DNA from: a plasmid
DNA: 54,436 nucleotides
Strand: one strand, 5' to 3'
Sequence record: NZ_CP046475.1
Positions within the stretch are counted from its first letter, which is position 1. Every line of letters begins with the position of its first letter. Under the pieces are notes generated by a model, which was given only the letters and a program-made list of their open reading frames with translations, was not told the DNA's origin and did no database searches. Made by a program: the position numbers and the translations under genes. Below, piece after piece: positions 35,459-43,445 of this stretch.

Positions 35459-36720
35459 ACCGCGAGACTCCCGACCGGCTGCGGGCGCTGCGCCCTCTTG
35501 CCACCCGCGACTATCGGCTGCTGTTCGCGGCGGTTGGTATCGAGGTCTTCGGCACCGGCATGTGGACCATCGTCATGGTGTTCCAGGTGCTCGCCCTCGA
35601 CGACAGTCCCCTTGCTCTTTCGGCCGTGGCTACCGGGCTCAGCCTCGGTCTCTTCGCTTTCTCGGTCCTCGGCGGGGTGGTAGCCGACCGCTTCTCCAAA
35701 CGACGGATCATCATCACCGTGCAGGGATGCACCGCGGCGGTCATGACCACCGTCGCTGTGCTGTCCCTCACAGGCGCAATCGAGCTGTGGCATGTCGGGC
35801 TCGCCTCGTTCGCGATGGGCGCGGGTAGCGCGTTCTTCTACCCCGCCTACAGCGCCTACCTCCCGCAAGTACTCCCACCCGAGCAACTACTCGCCGCGAA
35901 CGGGCTCGAAGGGGCTCTCAGGCCATCAATGGGCCAGGGCCTCGGCCCCGCCCTCGGAGGGATTGTCGTCGGGGCCTTCTTCCCCGCCGTTGGCGCGGTC
36001 ATCGTCGCCGCCTCCTACGCGGTCGCGTTCGTCATCACCCTGTTCCTCAGCCGCCGCGAGGACGCACCCGCTCCGGCGACGTCGGAAGAACGCACGAGCG
36101 TGTGGGGGGATCTCCGAGCTGGGGTCCGCTACGTCGCTCGCACCCGGTGGCTGCTGTGGACGCTGATCTTCGGATCATCGCTCGCGCTCATCATCCAGGG
36201 GCCAATCGAGGTGCTGCTGCCGTTCCTCACCCGCGACCGCTTCGACAACGCCGAAGCGACGTTCGGACTCTTGCTCGCCGCCTACGGAATCGGCGGCGCA
36301 ATCGGCTCGCTCATCGTGTCGTCTCTCAAACTGCCCCGGCGCTATCTCACGCTCATGATCGGCCTCTGGGGCGGCGGAACCCTCCCGCTCGTGCTGATCG
36401 GCCTCGTCAACGACCTGGCGGTGATGCTCATCACACTGTTCGCCGTTGGCGCGGCCACGGGAGCTGGTGTAGTCATCTGGGGCACGCTGCTTCAACGACT
36501 CGTGCCACCGGAGATGATTGGGCGCGTCGCCAGTCTCGACTTCTTCGTCTCGATCACCTTCATGCCCGTTTCGATCGCGATCGCCGGGCCGCTGTCGCTC
36601 GTCGTACCGATACCAGCCATCTTCATCGTGGCGGGCGTCGCGCCGACGCTGCTCGCTGTCGTCGCGCTTGTCGCAGGACGCATGCGGCATGTCGAAACGA
36701 GACAACCACTGGACACGTGA
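35455..36720 (+). CDS. MFS transporter (efflux, EntS/macrolide-exporter-like)
   Basis: ATGA overlap with the ABC-F gene; 12 predicted TM helices; 421 aa. Confidence 0.85.
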   Translation: MNRETPDRLRALRPLATRDYRLLFAAVGIEVFGTGMWTIVMVFQVLALDDSPLALSAVATGLSLGLFAFSVLGGVVADRFSKRRIIITVQGCTAAVMTTVAVLSLTGAIELWHVGLASFAMGAGSAFFYPAYSAYLPQVLPPEQLLAANGLEGALRPSMGQGLGPALGGIVVGAFFPAVGAVIVAASYAVAFVITLFLSRREDAPAPATSEERTSVWGDLRAGVRYVARTRWLLWTLIFGSSLALIIQGPIEVLLPFLTRDRFDNAEATFGLLLAAYGIGGAIGSLIVSSLKLPRRYLTLMIGLWGGGTLPLVLIGLVNDLAVMLITLFAVGAATGAGVVIWGTLLQRLVPPEMIGRVASLDFFVSITFMPVSIAIAGPLSLVVPIPAIFIVAGVAPTLLAVVALVAGRMRHVETRQPLDT

Positions 36721-36727
36721 GCGCGTG

Positions 36728-36790
36728 CCGAAACTCCGTTCCGAAACCACGGTGTGCCGAAAGGGGTTTTGATTCGGGGCGGAGTTTCGG
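36728..36790 (+). terminator. 11-bp inverted repeat CCGAAACTCCG...CGGAGTTTCGG directly after the MFS stop
   Basis: CCGAAAC x3 followed by TTTCGG x2-3; long structured element. Confidence 0.4.
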
Positions 36791-37494
36791 GGTGCGTCTC
36801 CGCCAACCCGCTCGACCGTGCCGCAAACGATGGGTTTCGGGCAGCGACACGTGATGCGCGGGGGCCTGGCGCAACATCGCTTCCCTCCAGCGCGACTTGC
36901 GGCGCCGCCAGGACGACCCGGATGACCCCGGCGGACCCGGCGTCTGAGCTAAGTCGGCAGGCGCTACGTGAGAATTAGGCGCGGCGGGGTCGGTGGGTTG
37001 CCGCTCGGGCAGGGGCGACCTGCGGTGCGATCCCCGGCGGGCGTCCCACACGCTAGCGATGAGGGTGAGTCGCTCGCAGGCAATAGTCGACGGGGTGAAG
37101 GCGAAATGCACAGCCTGATGCCGACGATGCGCCTTGCCTCCGAACCTGCTGTTCCATTGGCCGCTGCTCACTGACGATCGTTTTCGAACAGCCCGGGGGA
37201 GGGGCCGCAGGGGGCTCTGAGAGGCGTTCGAAACCCCTGCTCACTGATGGCTTCGCTCGAAACGTAAAAAGTGGCGACTTTCGAGCAGGGGTGGTCGACA
37301 TGGTCAGCGCCGTGGCGTGGACGAGCATCACCCTCTGGGACCTGTTCGGGGAGTTGTTCCTCTGGGCGCTGGCCGTGCTGGTCGTCGGCTTCGCGGCGTC
37401 GCCCACGGCGTCGAGGGCCACGTCGGGTCGACCGGGCGAACGGGGGTGCGGTGTCGGGCCAGGTCACGGCCCGACGCTAGCTGTGCAGCTGGGG

Positions 37495-37914
37495 TCAGAA
37501 TCCTCTGTAGGTGCAGGGATCTGGCCATACGGGGTTGCCGTCGTCTTCGCACACCTTGATGGATGCCACGTCGTAGTCAGCGTTCCTGTAGGTGGGGCTC
37601 GAGTTGCACCCGCCGGCGGCGTAGAACTTGCGCACCCCGCCAGAGTTGTTGAAGTAGCGGAACTCCATATAGACCGCTCGTCCGTCGCATTCCTTGTCAA
37701 CGACCCACAGCTCCTTGCGGTAGGGGTCGTAGCACCCGAAGTCGCTGCCCTGGTTGGCGCAGAGCGCGGACGCGGTGGCGGCGTGTGGCGAAGCGCCTGC
37801 CTGCGATACCCCAGGGATGGTGACGAGCAGGGCGCCTGCTGCGGCTGCGTAGAGAAGCCGTCGCACGCCGTGCCTGGCCGGCGAGATCGGGCGATTCTGT
37901 GCTGGCATATTCAT
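37495..37914 (-). CDS. Secreted small Cys-rich protein
   Basis: Signal peptide RRLLYAAAAGALLVTIPGVSQAGA; 8 Cys; 139 aa. Confidence 0.55.
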   Translation of the reverse strand: MNMPAQNRPISPARHGVRRLLYAAAAGALLVTIPGVSQAGASPHAATASALCANQGSDFGCYDPYRKELWVVDKECDGRAVYMEFRYFNNSGGVRKFYAAGGCNSSPTYRNADYDVASIKVCEDDGNPVWPDPCTYRGF

Positions 37915-38100
37915 CGTCTCAACGCTCCTTCGGGAAGTCGGCAGTGAAGCCAGATCGGCTTGTTCTCACGGTCACCTGTGTGAGCGTGTCTACGCCTCGT
38001 GCGGCGTCGATCTGGCGAGAAGTTGCCAACCTTCACGAGCCTTGGCTGGAGCCGCGCGTGCGTCGGGGGGTGGGAAGAGCGGAAGTGAGGGAAGTCCTGC

Positions 38101-38820
38101 ATGGAGGAGCGAGATGCGCTCGAAGTCCTGCAGCGCGAGCATGCACTGCAGCGCGAGGTGCACGCCCGCGCTCAGTCTTCAAGCGGCCGCGGTGATGGTC
38201 TGATCCTCTTCGGAGTCGGCCAAGAGCAGATCATGGCCGGCCTGGCGCGCCTGGAGAAGGCGTGTCAGCGCTCCGTCTGGAGCGTGAATCCGGCGTGCGC
38301 ATACGACCCCGAGGACCCCTCCCTTGTCCTCAACGAACGGTCAAGAGGACGCGATGTGGATGTGCGTCTGGTGACGTCGACACGAGCCGCCCGCTTTCAT
38401 CCCTTGCTGTCCTCGATAGAACCTGAAGCCCGGGTCGGGCCGGCCGTCTTGAAGCTCCTCATCATCGACCGCGGGACGGTCGTGGTGGAGGGGCCCGGCA
38501 CCGCCTCCGGCGACTCGACGGCCTGGGTGATCACCGACAGGAGCCTCCTGGCTGAAGCAGCCGCGCTGTGGCCCGTCTTGTGGAAGGCGTCGCGGCCGCT
38601 CCTTGCGCCCGGACAGAAACCACCTCTGGGGCAGCGACAGCTGGAGGTGGCCCGGTTGATGTGTCTAGGTCATACCGATGCATCGATCGCCCGTGCGATG
38701 AACCTCTCTGCTCGCTCGGTCGCCCGGGACATCGCCCGGATTATGACGCTTACCAGCTCGCGCTCTCGTCCCGAAGCAGTGCTTGCCATCCTCGGCCGCG
38801 GCCGGCACGCGCGTACTTAG
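38101..38820 (+). CDS. LuxR-family transcriptional regulator (C-terminal HTH)
   Basis: LGQRQLEVARLMCLGHTDASIARAMNLSARSVARDIARIM. Confidence 0.7.
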   Translation: MEERDALEVLQREHALQREVHARAQSSSGRGDGLILFGVGQEQIMAGLARLEKACQRSVWSVNPACAYDPEDPSLVLNERSRGRDVDVRLVTSTRAARFHPLLSSIEPEARVGPAVLKLLIIDRGTVVVEGPGTASGDSTAWVITDRSLLAEAAALWPVLWKASRPLLAPGQKPPLGQRQLEVARLMCLGHTDASIARAMNLSARSVARDIARIMTLTSSRSRPEAVLAILGRGRHART

Positions 38821-39124
38821 CGACATTGCATGAACTAACTTCAGACCGCCGAATGGAGGGGATCCTCGCCCCGGTGCCGGGCTGAGTACGCCGTGCCCCG
38901 CACAGTAGGCGTGGTCGCCGCCGCGGCAAACCGTGGCTATCTACGTCCTGGGCCCACGCGGCCCCGTCCCGACAGTCGCCTTCGGCGAGATCGCCCTCCT
39001 GTTGTAGACCCGCGACGGGGAAGGTCGAACAGGGCGTCGGGCCGCATGTCGTGACTCAATCTCGTCCAAAGCCCGGGCGCCGAGTCGAAGGGGGCCGCCC
39101 GATCACCACGGCCTGGCCCACCCG

Positions 39125-39238
39125 TGGTCAATGTGGTCAATGTGGTGTGTTATGTCAATGTGGTCTACACGGCCTTCGTGTGACAGCCCGTAATCAGAGG
39201 CGCGGTCCGATAGTTTCCTATAAATAAGCTCGCTTATA
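39125..39238. promoter_or_regulatory. AT-rich promoter with direct repeats (TGGTCAATG x2 plus TCAATGTGGTC) and an 8-bp inverted repeat TCCTATAA-N10-TTATAGGA
   Basis: gtggtcaatgtggtcaatgtggtgtgttatgtcaatgtggtctac ... tttcctataaataagctcgcttataggagac, immediately upstream of the AAA ATPase ATG. Confidence 0.4.
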
Positions 39239-39251
39239 GGAGACTATCGGG

Positions 39252-40571
39252 ATGGACTACCTGCCGTGCCCCTACCAGCCCGGTACCGGGGCGCAGCCGC
39301 CGGTGCTGGCTGGCCGTGCCGATCTGTTCTCCAAGGTCGGGACCAGGATGCTGTCGGTTGCCTCGTTCGGTCGCCCCGCGCCGAGCCCGATCGTGCTGAC
39401 CGGGGTGCGGGGGATGGGCAAGACCGTGTCGTTGACGCGGATGAGGTCGATGGCGCAGGACATGGGCCTCGGCGTGGCCAGTGCTCGGTTCGCTCGTTCT
39501 GGCGGGGACAACATGCAGGCACTGGGGGAGGCCCTGGCGCGTAGCTCGGCTGTGTGGGACTCCACGCCGAGCGCTGCGTGGGATCGGGCGATGCAGCACC
39601 TCAAGGAGTTCTCCGTCGAGGTCAACGCCGGTGTGATCAAGCTCGGCACCCGCCTGGAGGGTGGGGAGCAGGCGCCGGGGAACCTCACCGACCTCATCGC
39701 GGAGACCGCCGCGGCTCATCTGGACCACGACCGCCGCGGCCTGGCCGTGTTCGTCGACGAGCTGCACACCGGCAGCCCCGATGACTTGAACACCTTGGCC
39801 ACGGCGTCGCAGAACCTCATCAGCGACCGCGGTCTGCCCGTGGTGATCGTCGCCGCGGGGACCCCGGACACCGCGGCCGCGTTGGAGCGGGCGGGGAGCA
39901 GCTTCGCCGAGCGGTTCTCCTACCTCAACGTCGGCCCGCTCAATGCTGACGAGAGCCTGGCGGCGCTGGTCCAGCCGTCGGTGGACTTGGGGGTGACGTG
40001 GACTCCCGAGGCCGCGGCCGCTGCCCTGGAGATGGCGCAGGGAAACCCGTGGCGGATCCAGCAGCTGGGGGAGGGGTGCTGGGAAGCGGCGATGGAGCAG
40101 GGGCGCCCCCTGGTCCTCGGGTCGCAGATCGACGCGCGTCTGGTCGCGGCCGCCGGCGAGCACGTCATGGAGACCCTCGAGCACGGCTCGTTCGCCAGCC
40201 GCTGGACCAACTCCACCCCGGTCGAGCGGCTCTACCTCACCGCTGCCGCCCAGAGCATGGGCAGCGACGGCATCGCGCAGACCCGGCACATCGACTCGCT
40301 GATGGGACGGACCTCGACGCAGAACAGCGACGTGCGAGCCACCCTGATCAACAAGGGCGTCCTGACCGCAGCAGGGCGCGGCGCGATCAGCTTCAGCGCA
40401 CCCGGGTTCGACCACTTCGTTCTCGAGCGACAGAACGTGCCACGTCTCGACAGCAACATTCTCGAGACCCGCACCAGGTCCGCCATCACCAGCTCCCACA
40501 GGACGCCGACCGCTCAGGCGAGCGAAACACGTCGGGCTAAGACAAGTGACAGGCCACGGCTCGAGCCCTAG
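39252..40571 (+). CDS. AAA+ ATPase (Orc1/Cdc6- or 'archaeal ATPase'-like ATP-binding protein)
   Basis: Walker A LTGVRGMGKTVSL; Walker B AVFVDELH; GGAG SD; 439 aa. Confidence 0.7.
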   Translation: MDYLPCPYQPGTGAQPPVLAGRADLFSKVGTRMLSVASFGRPAPSPIVLTGVRGMGKTVSLTRMRSMAQDMGLGVASARFARSGGDNMQALGEALARSSAVWDSTPSAAWDRAMQHLKEFSVEVNAGVIKLGTRLEGGEQAPGNLTDLIAETAAAHLDHDRRGLAVFVDELHTGSPDDLNTLATASQNLISDRGLPVVIVAAGTPDTAAALERAGSSFAERFSYLNVGPLNADESLAALVQPSVDLGVTWTPEAAAAALEMAQGNPWRIQQLGEGCWEAAMEQGRPLVLGSQIDARLVAAAGEHVMETLEHGSFASRWTNSTPVERLYLTAAAQSMGSDGIAQTRHIDSLMGRTSTQNSDVRATLINKGVLTAAGRGAISFSAPGFDHFVLERQNVPRLDSNILETRTRSAITSSHRTPTAQASETRRAKTSDRPRLEP

Positions 40572-40590
40572 CTCCTCGGCGCTGCGGGCG

Positions 40591-41157
40591 TCATGACTCG
40601 TCGGGCGCCACGGTAAGCCCGACCTCGTAGATGAACTCCTTGCCGCCCCGTGAGGACCCGGTGACCTGCTTCTTGCGAAGAGCCCCGGCCTGGGCGAGTC
40701 GCTTCAGCCGGTTGTTGGCGTTCGAGGCAGAGAGGGACAGGCGTTGAGCGATGTCGCAGGCCTTGAACTGCCCGAGCTCATGCGCGATCTCGAAGGTCTG
40801 CGCCAACAGCGAATCGCCAATCAGGCTGAGCTCGCCGGACTCATCGACGATGACTGAAGGAATTTCTCTGCGTTCGACGCACACCTGCACCGAGTAGCGA
40901 TTGTCCGGGTTCAGGCCCGCGACTTTGACCGTGGTGCCCAGGGTGGAGAAGTCGTGGGAGCCTAGGAACTTCCCGAGGAACTCGTCGGTGAAGCTGATGT
41001 TCATCACCTGCACGTCGGTGAAGTCGATGATTAGGTCGAGATCTCGCCGCTCGTGGAGCAGGTCGTCTAGGCGAGCCCGGCCTTCTTGGCCCAGGGGCCG
41101 AGTGGCGGGATACCGGCTGAGCTGGTCGGCGACTCGAAACCTGGCGGGGACTGTCAT
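40591..41157 (-). CDS. STAS-like (DUF4325-type) domain protein with C-terminal winged HTH
   Basis: DLDLIIDFTDVQVMNISFTDEFLGKF (STAS-like); C-terminal ACDIAQRLSLSASNANNRLKRLAQAGAL; GGAGAA SD. The longest ORF extends to 41394. Confidence 0.5.
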   Translation of the reverse strand: MTVPARFRVADQLSRYPATRPLGQEGRARLDDLLHERRDLDLIIDFTDVQVMNISFTDEFLGKFLGSHDFSTLGTTVKVAGLNPDNRYSVQVCVERREIPSVIVDESGELSLIGDSLLAQTFEIAHELGQFKACDIAQRLSLSASNANNRLKRLAQAGALRKKQVTGSSRGGKEFIYEVGLTVAPDES

Positions 41158-41206
41158 GGCTTCTCCGGTTTCATTGTGGCGATTGAAGCACAGTCTGCCC
41201 GGGCGA

Positions 41207-42103
41207 TCACGCGCGATGGGTGAGCCACGCCCATGTGCCGCTGGTCTGGTCAGGGCGGTCGTAGGGGCGCTGGCGATGGGCGTGTGGCGTCGCGTGTACT
41301 CGTACCTCGCCCTTGCCGGACCTGATCTGGAAGTCCACCGTGCCGAACTTGCGGGTGTGGCGGATGGCGTCACTAAGGCCGTGGCCTCGCCCATTGTCGG
41401 CAGCGATTCCGCTGACGCCCGCGGTCATCGAGCGGGAGATGGCGTGCTGATCCTGGGTGAGATAGGAGTGCGTCGGGTTCTTGCGCAGATGCGCCAGGAT
41501 GCCGATACCGGTGTCACATACCGCGAACTCAAGCCGGGGTCGGTTGGTCGTGGCTCCGGAGTAGAGCTGGGCCGCCATGAAGGCCCCTCGTTCGCTATGG
41601 CCGTGCTCGGTGGCATTGCCCATGACTTCGCTGCAGGCTCGAAACACCGCAGCGCCGGCTGATCGGTTGCCTGGACCGTAGTACCCAGAGATCAGAGGCC
41701 CGAGGCGCTCGGCCAGGTCGTCGACGTTCGTGCGATTCAGGGCAGTGACTTCCAGCAAGGAGGAGGAGCGATCGGTGCGTGCGTCGGATGGGATGCGCCC
41801 CTCGATCTGAACCCGGGAAGACAGGTGTCGCAGGTGCTGCAGGACATCCATCCGCTGCAGGTACGACGCGGCGTGCTCATCGCGCGGCATCTTCAGGGTG
41901 ACTGACATGGCCGAGCTCGCGGCCCAGTGCGACCACGCCACGATGCCAGCCAGGTCCATCGGCGAAGCGAACTGCAGCGCTGTGGCGTCCACCGTCAAGA
42001 CCTCGGAGCCGGAGCCACCCAGGAAGGCGGCGTCAGCGAGCGGCGTACGTCCGGCCAGGATCAACTCCACCGGGGCAGTGTGCCTGGCGGGCGTCGTAGT
42101 CAT
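41207..42103 (-). CDS. Histidine-kinase-like ATPase (HATPase_c; anti-sigma-factor-type Ser kinase fold) with an unknown N-terminal domain
   Basis: GNATEHG; AVCDTGIGI; GRGHGL; 298 aa. Confidence 0.6.
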   Translation of the reverse strand: MTTTPARHTAPVELILAGRTPLADAAFLGGSGSEVLTVDATALQFASPMDLAGIVAWSHWAASSAMSVTLKMPRDEHAASYLQRMDVLQHLRHLSSRVQIEGRIPSDARTDRSSSLLEVTALNRTNVDDLAERLGPLISGYYGPGNRSAGAAVFRACSEVMGNATEHGHSERGAFMAAQLYSGATTNRPRLEFAVCDTGIGILAHLRKNPTHSYLTQDQHAISRSMTAGVSGIAADNGRGHGLSDAIRHTRKFGTVDFQIRSGKGEVRVHATPHAHRQRPYDRPDQTSGTWAWLTHRA

Positions 42104-42195
42104 GGGAGTTGACGCACCTAGAGCAGTCGACTACGGTTTCATTCAAGCCGATGAAAACACGGCGGAGGCCAGCACGACCTGCAGAGGAGTTGCAC

Positions 42196-42495
42196 ATGAA
42201 CACCCAGACCGGCAAGCCCACCGAACGCGACGTGGTCGTCCACGTCACCTTCGCGGCGGCCAACCAGCCCTACAACCAGAAGTTCCCGGCCTCAGCGACG
42301 CTGGCCGAGGTCCTGACCAGCGCGATGACCTTCTTCGGAATCCACACCGACGGCACCTCGCGCTACTTCCTCCTGGCCGCCGGTAGTGAGCAGGACCCCG
42401 GCACTACGGTCAGCGTCCTCGCCGAAGGCCAGCCCGGGCAGTCCCGATCGATCAAGCTCTCGTTGCGCACCGAGACCACGTCCGGAAGCCGCTGA
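42196..42495 (+). CDS. Putative ubiquitin-like (beta-grasp) protein, first gene of the Ubl-E2-JAB-E1 operon
   Basis: GAGGAG SD; 99 aa. The Ubl assignment rests on size and operon position, not on a motif. Confidence 0.4.
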   Translation: MNTQTGKPTERDVVVHVTFAAANQPYNQKFPASATLAEVLTSAMTFFGIHTDGTSRYFLLAAGSEQDPGTTVSVLAEGQPGQSRSIKLSLRTETTSGSR

Positions 42496-42498
42496 GCG

Positions 42499-42957
42499 GT
42501 GGACTTCGAGAGCCGCCTTCGCCTTGAGGCCGATGCAGCCGCGGTGGGTGCAGCCCTCGAGGCGAACGGCGGCCAGCTGGTCCACCGCAGAGGTGATGGT
42601 GAGCCCCCCGAGGTAGACCCCCCGGGGCTGTACTGGGCCTTCATCCAGCCGCAGAACCAGGACGCCGCCAGGTTCTTAGCTCGCCTGCAGTGGACTGTCT
42701 ACCCGGACCGACCCCCGTCTCTGCTCTTCGCGACGGACGTCGCCGGCCCCACCGATGTCCCTTCTGCGTGGCCTGCCGCCGCCGGGTACCGAGCGCCGAC
42801 GGACGTGTGCAAGCCCTTCACCGCCGAAGGTCAGGCGCTCCATACCGAATGGTCCAACGGGCCACATGCCTGGCGCAGCACCGGTAACCCGTTCCTGTAC
42901 GTCATCGAGACAGTTCAAAGCGACATCGACCGAGCACGAGGAGCCCGAGCAGGATGA
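42499..42957 (+). CDS. E2-like ubiquitin-conjugating enzyme homolog (candidate)
   Basis: 152 aa; 3-nt spacer after the Ubl gene; single conserved-looking Cys in TDVCKPFT. Confidence 0.4.
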   Translation: MDFESRLRLEADAAAVGAALEANGGQLVHRRGDGEPPEVDPPGLYWAFIQPQNQDAARFLARLQWTVYPDRPPSLLFATDVAGPTDVPSAWPAAAGYRAPTDVCKPFTAEGQALHTEWSNGPHAWRSTGNPFLYVIETVQSDIDRARGARAG

Positions 42958-43445
42958 CCCAGACCCATCTGCAGATCGGCAGCGACGCCGTCACGCGCCT
43001 CATCGCCGACGTGCAACATCATGGTCAGCTCGGAGTCGAGACCGGCGCCGTGCTCCTCAGTCCACGTGGCGAACCCACTGTTACTCACCTGGCGATCGCA
43101 GGAGATGTCGGAGTCGTTCGTCGGCGAGGGTTGTTCGTGCTTTCCGCAGCGGCGCTGGGGCCACTGTTCGACTTCGCCGAAGAGCGGGACCTTCAGCTGC
43201 GCGCGCAGGTGCACTCGCACCATGGCAGGGCATTTCTCTCGCCCACCGACGAAGCGGGCAACATCAGAATGACCGGCTTCGTCGCTGCTGTAATTCCGAC
43301 CTTCACCCACCCCTCAACAGACGTCGACCTTTGGGGTTGGTGGACCTTCGACGGATCCTGCTGGGTGCCCTCGCCGGCAGCCAGCCTTGGCGACCTGGAA
43401 ACCACGGTGCTGACCTTCGACGCGGAAGGGGTTCGCGATGAGTGA
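42954..43445 (+). CDS. JAB/MPN (JAMM) metalloprotease / deubiquitinase-like
   Basis: JAMM-like motif E...HSHHGRAFLSPTD (HxH...S..D); ATGA overlap with the E2-like gene. Confidence 0.6.
   Translation: MTQTHLQIGSDAVTRLIADVQHHGQLGVETGAVLLSPRGEPTVTHLAIAGDVGVVRRRGLFVLSAAALGPLFDFAEERDLQLRAQVHSHHGRAFLSPTDEAGNIRMTGFVAAVIPTFTHPSTDVDLWGWWTFDGSCWVPSPAASLGDLETTVLTFDAEGVRDE

Noticed and set aside
37291-37947. 218-aa + strand ORF downstream of the MFS gene
   Set aside because: It overlaps the convergent secreted Cys-rich protein gene (37495..37914 -), which has a signal peptide and a coherent Cys pattern; only a short 5' part could be real.
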